From positions 2,080,001 through 2,144,000 of the forward strand of contig OY970309.1 of the NCBI GenBank assembly GCA_963716395.1: 64,000 bases of DNA, given 5' to 3'. A program made the translations under genes and the position numbers. Origin of the DNA: an uncultured Fibrobacteria bacterium. Lineage in GTDB: Bacteria; Fibrobacterota; Fibrobacteria; UBA11236. Below the pieces are notes generated by a model. That model had not been told where the DNA came from, searched no databases, and saw only the letters and a list, made by a program, of their open reading frames with translations. Within the stretch, counting starts at the first letter, position 1. Every line of letters starts with the position of its first letter. Positions 19,682 through 29,400 of the stretch are shown one piece after another.

Positions 19682-20824
19682 ATGTCGATTGAATCCGGCG
19701 CCGAAGATCGGGAGTTGCAGGCGCTCCTCGAATTGAGCCTTGACGACCTGGACCGCGTGGGCCTCGAAGATCCCGCCTTTCCCGCACCCGTCGCGGCCCC
19801 AACCGCTTTGGCTTCGCCTCCCGCGCCTTCCCAACCGGATGCGGCGGAGGACATCCCTTTTGCGCGTTTTTTGGATCGGCCGGGCGAACGCAATCTGGCG
19901 GTCAAGAATTTCCTGCTGCGCGAATACCAGAACGCCGCCGACAAAATCCACGAGGCCTACGACCTCATCTGTCTCGGCGAAATGGGTTCGTTGGCGCCGG
20001 TACACGCGCTGGCCGGAACGCTGCTGGAACTGTACCGCCGCGATCCTCCGGCTTTGCTGGCCCTGAGCATGACGCGCTCCGCGGCGAAAGGGGAATATTT
20101 CTACCGCCACGCCGTGAATGTCTGCGTCTTGACCTTGGCCACGGCTGTCGCCTCCGGCCGAGGCAAAGAGGCGGTGCGCGCAGCCGGCGCGGCCGCTTTG
20201 GTGGCCGACGTGGGCATGCGCCTGGTTCCCGAAGACATCCTCAACAACAGCGGCAAACTGTCCGAGGCGGAACTGGCGGAAATCCAGAAACACACCGGTT
20301 ATTCCGTGGCGCTGTTGGAGTCGTTGGAAGCTTGCACGCCCGTGGTGCTGCAAGTGGCCCGGCAGCATCACGAACGGCTGACCGGAGGCGGTTATCCAGA
20401 GCGCCGCCGGGGCGAGCAGATCGGTTCCGAAGCCCGCATGGTGGCCGTCGCCGACACCTTGGCCGCCATGATGCACAAACGCTCGCACCGCGAAGCGCTT
20501 TCGGCCCAGGCCGCGCTCGATCGGGTGGTGAAGATGGGTCGGATGAACTTTCTCGACTGGGAGATGCTGAAGGGATTGGTGGGATGCATTTCGCTGTATC
20601 CCGTGGGTTCGGCGGTGGAATTGGCGGGCGGGCTCGTGGCGCGCGTCGTCGGAGCGCATGCCGACGATCCGGCACGGCCGCTGGTGGCGGTTTTGCGCGA
20701 CGCCAAGGGCAATGTCCCCCCCGGGGGCATCCGGCGCATCGATATGAAAGCGGCGCGTGAGGAAAAGATCGTCAGAAGCCTGAGCCCCGACGCGGTGGGT
20801 TTTAAGCCTCTGGACGGGTTTTGA
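19682..20824 (+). CDS. HD-GYP domain protein with degenerate HD motif
   Basis: HAVNV, HHERLTGGGYP, VAVADT and LYPVGS.VEL are present; the HD position reads ALVADVG. Confidence 0.85.
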   Translation: MSIESGAEDRELQALLELSLDDLDRVGLEDPAFPAPVAAPTALASPPAPSQPDAAEDIPFARFLDRPGERNLAVKNFLLREYQNAADKIHEAYDLICLGEMGSLAPVHALAGTLLELYRRDPPALLALSMTRSAAKGEYFYRHAVNVCVLTLATAVASGRGKEAVRAAGAAALVADVGMRLVPEDILNNSGKLSEAELAEIQKHTGYSVALLESLEACTPVVLQVARQHHERLTGGGYPERRRGEQIGSEARMVAVADTLAAMMHKRSHREALSAQAALDRVVKMGRMNFLDWEMLKGLVGCISLYPVGSAVELAGGLVARVVGAHADDPARPLVAVLRDAKGNVPPGGIRRIDMKAAREEKIVRSLSPDAVGFKPLDGF

Positions 20825-20952
20825 CGCGTTCGCGGGCGCGGCTTTCGGCGCCCGATTTTCCGCGTCGAAAGGCTGGAAATACACCGCACGAAAATGCAGT
20901 TTATCAACCGCCGGCCAGGGAAAAAAACGGCGCGGCCACGAAGGAGACACCG

Positions 20953-21336
20953 ATGTTCAAAACCATTTCGATTGCCCTTCTCACCTTGGGACTGGCGGCG
21001 GGAACCGCATTGGCCAAACCGAAAGGCAAAAAGCCTGCGGATTTGGCGCAGGGCAAAAAAATCTTCGAAACCAATTGTGCTACCTGTCACGGTATGAACG
21101 GAAAAGGCGATGGGCCCGCGGCCGCGGCCTTGCCCAAGCAGCCGCGGAATTTCACCGACACGGCGTATATGAAAACCCGCACCCGCGCCCAATTGACCAA
21201 GGTGATCACCGAAGGCGGAGCCGCCAACGGTTTTTCCCCGTTGATGGCTTCGTGGAAAGGCACGCTCAAGCCGGCGGAAATCCATGCCGTGCTCGACTAT
21301 GTGCTGACGTTCAGCGGTCAAGAAGACAAGAAGTAA
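20953..21336 (+). CDS. Periplasmic monoheme cytochrome c
   Basis: AAGGAG RBS, signal peptide, CATCH heme motif, GKGDGPAA...PRNFT and a distal Met (LMASW). Confidence 0.92.
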   Translation: MFKTISIALLTLGLAAGTALAKPKGKKPADLAQGKKIFETNCATCHGMNGKGDGPAAAALPKQPRNFTDTAYMKTRTRAQLTKVITEGGAANGFSPLMASWKGTLKPAEIHAVLDYVLTFSGQEDKK

Positions 21337-21417
21337 TTCTTCCCCTGCATGGGTTTTGCGCGCCGGTTCTTCGAACCGGCGTTTTTTGATCGCGCCGTTC
21401 TTTTGATCGCGGCTGGT

Positions 21418-23643
21418 TCAGAATTTCCATTCGGCCCGATCGGCCGGATGGGCGAAGATATGTTGCATGAAAACCCGCCGGTAGCGGCTCGGGCGCATCC
21501 AACCGTTTTGGTTCACGCGCAGTCGCCAGCCGCGATGCCAATGCTCGCGGAAGATCAAGGTGTCGCCGACGCCGAAGCTTCCGCGTACCTCCACATCGCC
21601 ATCCCAAGGCTGATGGACGCACAAGCCGCCGTATCCGGAAAAGCCCGCGGGACAAAGCGTCGGCGCTGTATCGGGAGGCGCCGGCCGGGCGCGCCGCACT
21701 TCCAGGCGTGGTTTCCAGTCGAGTACGGTGTACACCCGCACGCTGTCAAAGCGGGCCAGGGGCTGCAGCGGGCTGCCGTGAAAACGCGTCAAATCCACAT
21801 TCGCCAGCAGGTAACGCGCCGATTTCTCTCCGGGTGTCAGCGACGAGTCCCAGGGCCACAAGAGCGGCATATGCGCGCCGACATGGGGAATGCCGAACAC
21901 CGCGGAGATGCCGTAACTCAGGGCGGTTTTTTCCCGCCGGTACAGGTCGAGGCGACGCAACGGGTCATGGTGCATTTGCCACATCTCGGTGCCGGGATAT
22001 TCGAGGTAATGGTCGACGCGCCAGAAGGGCCGGGTCGACAAATCCAGGGCCGCCAACGATACCGGCGGCCGGCGGTAAAAGTCGGAGGGGAAGGCGTAAA
22101 AGTGCAGCCAGTCGATGTGCAGCAGATCCAAGGCCAGCAACATGAACAGCCACGGCGCCAGGCGGCGCGTCCGGATGTGTCCGCCCAGGGCCAGCGCCGC
22201 AGCCGATACGGCGAACACGGCTCCATCCCATTTCCAGTCGCGCAGCAAACCCGTCAACTTTACCGCATAGTCTTTGGCGGGATTCAAAGGCCGTAGCGCG
22301 CCGGCCACCCGTAACAGATGCGCTACCAAAGAGGGCGATTCCGCCGCGCCGCAGAGCAACCCAAAGACCGCCGCGCCGCCGGCCAGGGCCCACAGCCACG
22401 CGTGCCGCCGCGTCGCGTGCGCGGTACCCAGCCAGCGCTGCAGGCCATGCCCACTCCAGGCTGCGAGTGCAAGTACGAAGAGAATGTCCCAGCGTGCCGG
22501 CCGCCGGAAGTTGTCGAGCAGCGGCAGATGATACAAAACCTGGGCCGCCCCGAAATGCGATCCCAGCGCTAGCCATAATCCCAGCAGGCCGCAAAGCCCC
22601 AGCGCGCGCAGACGCGGACCGGCGCGGCTGGGCGCGGCGAACAGAAGCGCCAACAGCGCCGCGGCGCCGATGTACAGATAAACCTCGCTCCACGGTTCGC
22701 GGCCCCACCACGTGGCATGCGCGGGCGTGCCCAACGCGCGCGGCAGAATCAAGGCCAGCAAATGCACGGGGCGCAGGCTACCCGTGGCGAATTGCTGAAA
22801 GTTGAAGACGCCGAGCGAAAGTTTTTCGCCGGCACCCAGGTCGGTGGACGCATGGCCTTCCCAGGCGGCGCCGTCATAGCGGATGGTGTTTCCCAGAAAA
22901 TCGAAAAAAGGCAGGAACAGCGGCAGACACAAAATTCCGGCCGCGAGGGCGGCGGTCACGGGCGCGGCCAGTTTTTTTTTGGGCAGGGAGGGAGATAGGC
23001 ATCCGCGCAGGAAAAAAAATCCCAGCAGCACCGCGGTGGCGATGGTAGCCTGCGGGTGACCTCCCAAAGTCTGCAACGTCAAGGCCAGGGCCAGCCACAG
23101 CGTGCGCCGGAAGGTCGGGGCGCGTTCCAGGCGCAGGTACAGTCCCAGCACCAGGGGCATGTAGCTCCAGCCGGCCAAAAAGGTGGTGTGCTCGTAGCGC
23201 GCCAGCATGGTGCCCGACAGGCCGAAAGCCATGCCGCTCCAAAACGCGGCGGGTCGAATCAACCCCAACTCCGGGCCCAAGACCAGAAACCCGGCGATGG
23301 CCAATCCGAAATGCAATCCGTAGAAGAGGTAAATGGTGTGCAGCGGAGAAAAGGGACCGAACAAAATCCACGTGAGCGGGTAGAGGTAAGCGCTTTGCCA
23401 ATAGGCGTTCATGGGCATGCCACATTGGTAGCTTCCGCTCCAAAGAGGCAAAGGATGGGTCCAGGCCCAGTTGCGGTGAAAGTCGGCGAAGTAGCAGTAA
23501 TAGGCCAACAGCAAATCTTCGAGCAGCATGCTGTTGCCGCGAATCCAGATGGGCAATACGGGCAGAAGGCCCAGCCCGAAAGCGGCGGCCATCCAGCCGA
23601 TGCGGCGCAGGGAAAATTTTTTGCCGGGCATGGAATGCCCCAT
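21418..23643 (-). CDS. YfhO-like polytopic membrane glycosyltransferase (GT-C)
   Basis: PLWSGSYQCGMP...YLYPL, GGHPQ, YLYIG and NFRRPARW; many TM helices; C-terminal FREHWHRGWR. Confidence 0.75.
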   Translation of the reverse strand: MGHSMPGKKFSLRRIGWMAAAFGLGLLPVLPIWIRGNSMLLEDLLLAYYCYFADFHRNWAWTHPLPLWSGSYQCGMPMNAYWQSAYLYPLTWILFGPFSPLHTIYLFYGLHFGLAIAGFLVLGPELGLIRPAAFWSGMAFGLSGTMLARYEHTTFLAGWSYMPLVLGLYLRLERAPTFRRTLWLALALTLQTLGGHPQATIATAVLLGFFFLRGCLSPSLPKKKLAAPVTAALAAGILCLPLFLPFFDFLGNTIRYDGAAWEGHASTDLGAGEKLSLGVFNFQQFATGSLRPVHLLALILPRALGTPAHATWWGREPWSEVYLYIGAAALLALLFAAPSRAGPRLRALGLCGLLGLWLALGSHFGAAQVLYHLPLLDNFRRPARWDILFVLALAAWSGHGLQRWLGTAHATRRHAWLWALAGGAAVFGLLCGAAESPSLVAHLLRVAGALRPLNPAKDYAVKLTGLLRDWKWDGAVFAVSAAALALGGHIRTRRLAPWLFMLLALDLLHIDWLHFYAFPSDFYRRPPVSLAALDLSTRPFWRVDHYLEYPGTEMWQMHHDPLRRLDLYRREKTALSYGISAVFGIPHVGAHMPLLWPWDSSLTPGEKSARYLLANVDLTRFHGSPLQPLARFDSVRVYTVLDWKPRLEVRRARPAPPDTAPTLCPAGFSGYGGLCVHQPWDGDVEVRGSFGVGDTLIFREHWHRGWRLRVNQNGWMRPSRYRRVFMQHIFAHPADRAEWKF

Positions 23644-23650
23644 TCTACCC

Positions 23651-24691
23651 TTACCTGGCGGTTTGATGCGGGAAGGGCCGGGGGGATTTCGGCGCTTCTG
23701 TCTGGGCCGAAACCGACGGGGGCGTCGCGCCGGACTCGGTCGGCGTCGCCAGGTTTTCGCGCGCAAGCAAATACTCGGGCCGGTTCTTCAGGTAGTCGAG
23801 GATTACCAGCAGATAACGTCCGAGGATGCCGAGATAAATCAGGATGAGGCCTCCCAGAAAAAGCACCGAGCCAATCACATCGGTATAGCCGGGGACGTTG
23901 CGCCCGATGAAGAATTTCGCGGCCACGTTGTAGAGGCCGTAGGCGAAGGCCAGCAGCGCGGTGAGCAAACCCACGCGCAAGGCCCATTTGAGCGGCGCGG
24001 TGCTGTGGGCGAACACCGCGTCGACGCCGAGGTGCAGCGACTTGCCGAAGGTGAAAGGTGGGGCGCCGCGGCGCGCGGGCCCGGGCGCGTATTCGAGGTA
24101 ACACGTGGGGAACCCCAGTTGCGGCAACAGGGCCCGCAGAAAAAGCCGGCGTTCGGGCAAGGTGTTGACGACGTCGCAGACGCGCCGCGACAGCAGACGA
24201 AAATCGCCGGCACCCGCCGGCAGGGGGGTTTCGGCCAGGGCGTTGAACACGCGGTAAAACAGGCGCGACAGCAGGTCTTTGCAAACCCCGGGTTGATGGC
24301 CCCGGCGCACCATCTGCACCACGTCATACCCGGCGTGGGCGCGTTGCAGCATCACCGGCAGCATTTCGGGCGGATGTTCCAAATCGGCATCCAGGGTGGC
24401 CACGAAACGGCCGCGTGTGGCGCGTAAGCCCGCCCGCAACGCGGCTTGCTGGCCGGCATTGCGCAGTAGCCGCAACGTGCGCACCCGCGCATCGCGGGCC
24501 TGCAGAGCCGCGCCGATGGAGGCGGTGGCGTCGACGCTGGCGTCGTCGACCAGAATCACTTCCAAGGAAACTCCGTCCAAAGCCGCGACCAGCGCCTGGT
24601 AGAGCGAATCCAAATGACAGGCTTCGTTGTGGCAGGGAACCACCACGGAGATTTCGGGCGCCGGCTCCGGCGCTTCGCTCCAATCGGACAT
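23651..24691 (-). CDS. GT2 polyprenol-phosphate glycosyltransferase (GtrB/YkcC-like)
   Basis: ISVVVPCHNE, VDDASVD, RNAGQQAAL, DADLEHPP and GDFRLLSR; two C-terminal TMs. Confidence 0.9.
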   Translation of the reverse strand: MSDWSEAPEPAPEISVVVPCHNEACHLDSLYQALVAALDGVSLEVILVDDASVDATASIGAALQARDARVRTLRLLRNAGQQAALRAGLRATRGRFVATLDADLEHPPEMLPVMLQRAHAGYDVVQMVRRGHQPGVCKDLLSRLFYRVFNALAETPLPAGAGDFRLLSRRVCDVVNTLPERRLFLRALLPQLGFPTCYLEYAPGPARRGAPPFTFGKSLHLGVDAVFAHSTAPLKWALRVGLLTALLAFAYGLYNVAAKFFIGRNVPGYTDVIGSVLFLGGLILIYLGILGRYLLVILDYLKNRPEYLLARENLATPTESGATPPSVSAQTEAPKSPRPFPHQTAR

Positions 24692-24820
24692 AAAGCGGTT
24701 TTATTGTAGCGCTTCGGATTTGCAAAGGGTAGCGCGCGCGGTTCGCACCTCCCCGAAAATGGGGAATTCCGGGTGGATGCAAGGCCTGAAAAACCACCGG
24801 CGTTCGCCGGCGCGGGCTTT

Positions 24821-26041
24821 TTATTCAGGCAATTCCAATACCCAACGATAGGCCTGCATGATGTCGCGCCGAAACACATCGGCCGTGCCCCACAGGTAAA
24901 CCTGGAATTGGCGGAAAAGGATTTCGCCTTCGTTGGCCACGATTTTCTCGCGGCTGCGGTCGAAGTTTTCCGACCAATGCTTGGCCGTCAGGTAATAATT
25001 CCAGCGGTCATCCCACACGCCGCGCAGCTGGAACGGGGTTTTGGCCAACTGGGTCATATAATCGTGCAGGCACAGGGGAGAGCAATTGTTGGGATAGATG
25101 TAGCGGTAGATAAAACTGTGAAACTTGTATTTCTCGCGGCAGGCGCTGGCGTCGAGATACATCTTGCGGCCGGGTTTGAGCAAACGCTGGTAGGCGGCCA
25201 ACGAGCGGCCGTAGTCGGGCAAATGCTCGGTCACGCCCAGGTTCACCAAGGCATCGTATTTCTCGGCGGGTTTGTAATCGTAAAGATGACAGTTGACGAC
25301 ATTGCAGGGCAGGTTCTCGCGCGCGATCAAATTGTTGAGGAACTGTTCGCTTTTATTGGAAATCGTGATCGATGTGACGTGAACGCCTCGCTTTCCGGCA
25401 TGCTCGGTGAAGGCGCCCCAGCCGCCGCCGATGTCGAGCACGCGGTCGCCGGGCTTGGCGCCGATGGCGTCGAGCGCGAAATCGAGTTTGTGGGTGATGG
25501 CGTCGGCCAGGGGTTCGTCGTCGCGCTCGAAGACACCGTGGGAATAACAGCGGTGCCGGGTATCGAGAAAGCTCAGGTAGAATTCGTCGGAATGATCATA
25601 GTGGTGCGCGATGCCCGAACGGTCCATTTTCATTTGGCCGAACAGAACGGGTGTAATCAAGCTCCACAGATAGCGCAGGGGATGGTTGTCCGAAGTCATG
25701 TCGCGGAAGGAGTAAAGCCGTTCCATATCGCCGCGCAGGTCGATATGATTGAGCATGTAGGCTTCCAGAATCGAGGTGGCGTCGAGCGAAGCCAAGGCCG
25801 CCGCCCCGGTGCGGTCGCGGACGATTACGGTAAAAGCCGGATCCCCCTGGCCGAAGCGGTAGGGCTTCTCGTCTTGCCATTGCAGATTGAACGGTGTTCC
25901 GCGTCCGCTTTCGTAATAGGCGTGGCAACTCTTGCGCAGTAAATTCACCAAGCGTACAAAGCTTTTATGCGGAGACGTTTTTACCGCGGCGGCGCCGGCC
26001 TGTGCGGCGGAGGTTTGCAGGGCGGTGGTGGATTCTTTCAT
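24821..26041 (-). CDS. cfa: Cyclopropane-fatty-acyl-phospholipid synthase-like SAM methyltransferase
   Basis: IAHHYD, YSHG.F, VLDIGGGWG, GVTEH and FIYRYIYP motifs. Confidence 0.85.
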   Translation of the reverse strand: MKESTTALQTSAAQAGAAAVKTSPHKSFVRLVNLLRKSCHAYYESGRGTPFNLQWQDEKPYRFGQGDPAFTVIVRDRTGAAALASLDATSILEAYMLNHIDLRGDMERLYSFRDMTSDNHPLRYLWSLITPVLFGQMKMDRSGIAHHYDHSDEFYLSFLDTRHRCYSHGVFERDDEPLADAITHKLDFALDAIGAKPGDRVLDIGGGWGAFTEHAGKRGVHVTSITISNKSEQFLNNLIARENLPCNVVNCHLYDYKPAEKYDALVNLGVTEHLPDYGRSLAAYQRLLKPGRKMYLDASACREKYKFHSFIYRYIYPNNCSPLCLHDYMTQLAKTPFQLRGVWDDRWNYYLTAKHWSENFDRSREKIVANEGEILFRQFQVYLWGTADVFRRDIMQAYRWVLELPE

Positions 26042-26492
26042 GGTTTTACCTGGGGGCAACGGGTTGACTCATGCCCTGGGAAAGATATTTAAGGAATTCT
26101 CTTGGCACGGGGAGATCGCCCTGCAAAAGCCGAAAACTCCCGAAATTTGGGTTTTTGCCGGGGTAGGTTTTCGGCCGCGATGGCTTTTCGCTTCTTTAAC
26201 CCGGCTTCCAACCGGCATCCGGAAAATTTGCGATCGCAGGTCGGAACTTTTTCCCGGAGAGGCGCGTTTGATCGGAACGGAGCGGTAAAGAAAAGCTCCT
26301 TCCGCCTGGTTCGGATCCTCGGTAGGAGAGGGTATCGGATGGGAACGGTGAAGGATCACGCGCCGAAAGCGTGAAGATGAAATCCAAGCCGACTTTCGAA
26401 TTAGCGAAAACCGGATCCTGGCTCTAACCGGAATGGTTAAGATATAGAAGCGCAAGCGGAATAGGGAGTTCCGCGGACAGTTGGGGTGAGGG

Positions 26493-29400
26493 TTGGATTT
26501 ATCGACATTGACGCGGAGGCCGTGGGGCTTTTCGAGGACGTTACGGGGTTGGAAAATTGTGCCTTTGGCGTTCGGACTTCTGGCGCCGGCGGCCTTTGCC
26601 CTGGGTGACTCGCTCGATTTCGAAGCCGGCGTTTATCAAGTCGGACAAGGAGTGGCCGGCGTCGACAATTGGGTGCTGTATCCCAACGGCATGCAACTCG
26701 GGATTAATACCCCTTTCATCATTCAGAGCGATACGGGGAACAAATATCTAAGCTGCCATCCCGATCTCCTGCAAAGTTACGGCGTATCACGTCCGTTCCT
26801 TCCCACGGGCGGGGTGGATTACGTCGACGTGCAATGGAAGTGGCGGGCCGAAAGCGACACCGCCAGTCTTTGCGCCGGCATAGCCAGCCAACCCAATTCC
26901 GGAACGGCCACGCCCAAAGCCACCGTATGCCTCGAGCCCCACGGTTCCGTGACCGCTGCGCGCGGTACTGGGTCTGCTCTGGATTCGGCGACGAAAAAAT
27001 GGGTGCACGGCATTTGGTACTACACCAAAATCCGCCTGGATATCAGCAAAGGTATTTACAGCGTATATTCCGGGTCGAATCCGCAAACCCTGGCCGACAG
27101 CGCCAACCTGCTCTTTGCTTCGGAGCCCATGCAGGGTGCCGCCGGGCAGCAGGTGCAAAACTTCTTTTTATCCGCCGCGCGCGGCGCCAATACCGACGGA
27201 AACGTCGACATCGACGATATCGTCTGGATCGGCGTACGCGACAATATTTGGGTCGGCACCGGAACCGGCACGAATCTCTACAGCTGGTATAATTCCGGCA
27301 ACTGGAGTCTGGGCACGGTTCCCGACTCCAACGATATCGCGGTGTTCGGTTCGGCGGCGAGCCCTTTTCCAAGTCCGAATTCGAACCGCAAATGCAATCT
27401 CAATTATCCCGGAGGCACGACGCCGCGGGCCCGGGTGTTCGGCCTGCTGGTGGCTACGAGCTACACCGATACGATCAACCTGGAAAGCGACACCTTGACG
27501 GTGCTGCTGGCCGCCGGGATCAACGGCGGGCATTTCCAGGCGAACGGCGGCTTCCTTCGTTTCGCCTATCCCAGTCTCTTGCAAGTCTTTGCCGATTCGA
27601 CCGCGGTCTTGGCGCCGCCGGTGCTGCAGGAGGGACCGGGGCTGCTCACTTTGGCCGGTTCGGGATCCCCCATCGACTTCATGGGTTATCGCCAGACCGG
27701 CGGCGGTCTCAATTTCAATGGCACCAATATGACGGTGATGCAGGGAAACCTCGTGGTCTCGGGCGGAGCCAACCCGGATAACCCCGGGGTGTCGGGATGG
27801 TTCGGTCTGGACAACCGCACGGTGGCGATTCCCGAAGGTACGCTGCAATTTCTCGGCGCCGACACCAATGACCGGCTGTCGCTGACCGCGGCTCATACCT
27901 GGAATCTCCAGGCGGGCGGATCGGTTTATGCCCGCAACGTCGTGCTGCGCAACAGCCACGTGCAGTCGACGACCACGACGGCCATCGAGGGAAATGCCGT
28001 GGCCAGCGTGGACAGCGGCGGCAACCAGGGCTGGATCTTTTGGACGCCGCCGACCATCGTCAAGCAGCCCCAGCCCGAATCTTTGCTCGTAGGCGCGCAA
28101 GCGCAATTCACGCTGACGGTCACCCAGCCCGATTCGGTGCAATACCAATGGCAGCGCGACAGCGGTTCAAAATATGTCGAGCTGGCGGGGGCCAATGCAG
28201 CCACATTGCAAATCGCCAAGGTGGCTTTCAAAGACGACACCCTCTATCGCTGCCGTGTTTCGAACCTGGCCGACACCGTGTTCAGCAAACCGGCACGTTT
28301 GGCCGTGCGCTTTCCTGCACCGACAGCCAACCCGCCTGCGGGAAAATTCCAGGATTCCCTCGCCGTCACCTTGCAGGATTCGGCGGTTGCGGCCGCGTTC
28401 TATTACTCGCTCAATCAGGGGGCGTTGCAATTATTGCCAGCCGGCGATTCGGTGAGAATCAAGGACACCGCCACCCTGTCGGCCTTTGCAGTGACGGGCA
28501 ACGACACCAGTGCCCGCGCGAGCTTTATCTATACCAAGGTGGCCAGCGGCGGTAACGCCGCGGTTCCCGTCGCCGTTCCCACCTCCGGAACCTTTCCCGA
28601 CACTTTTTCGGTGAGCCTGAATTCGGCCACCTCCGGAGCCTCGATTCGCTATACTACGGATGGATCGGCGGTGACCCCCAGTTCGCCCCTGTATCAGAAT
28701 CCCATCCCCATTCGCTCCAACATCACGCTCAGGGCCGTGGCGTATGACCCGCCCAATCTGAACCCGAGCGATACGCTGACCCAGAGTTATGTCTTGGCGG
28801 CGACCTCCGATTCTCTGATTCCACCGCAGATGAGCGCGGCACCGGGTTTCGTCTTTTCCGATTCGGTCACGGTGACCTTGAGCGCGTTGGAACCTTCGTC
28901 CACCATCTACTACCGGGTTGCCGGCGGACCGCTGGTCAAATACCAAAGCGCACTCGTGTTCAAGGCGAACACGACGGTGACGGCGGCGGTGGTATCGGGG
29001 GGAAAGTCCAGCCGGGATACCGCGTGGACTTTCACCCGCGTCGGGTTGGCGTCCCCGCTGTTTACCCCGCTCGGCAGGGCGTTTTCCGACAGTATGCAGG
29101 TGACCCTGTCCTTGGCCAGCGGCATGACCGGAACCATCCATTACACCTTGACGGGCCAAGATCCCGACAGCGCCTCTCCGCTGTATAAAAATCCGTTGGT
29201 GTTCGACACCAGCACCGAAATTCGGGCCATCGCCGTGCAAGGCAGCCTCACCAGCGCCGTGCACGCCGAAACCTATACCCTGGCTCCCGATACGCCCCAG
29301 GTCAGCCCCCCGGCCGGTTCCTATCCCGACTCGGTCACGGTTTCGCTGATCAGCATTCCGCAGGCGCACGTGTATTACACCACCGACAGTTCCAGCCCCA

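Noticed and set aside
26100-26490. Possible riboswitch or ncRNA between cfa and the large surface gene
   Set aside because: Only short hairpins are present; I could not match c-di-GMP, TPP, cobalamin or SAM consensus elements.
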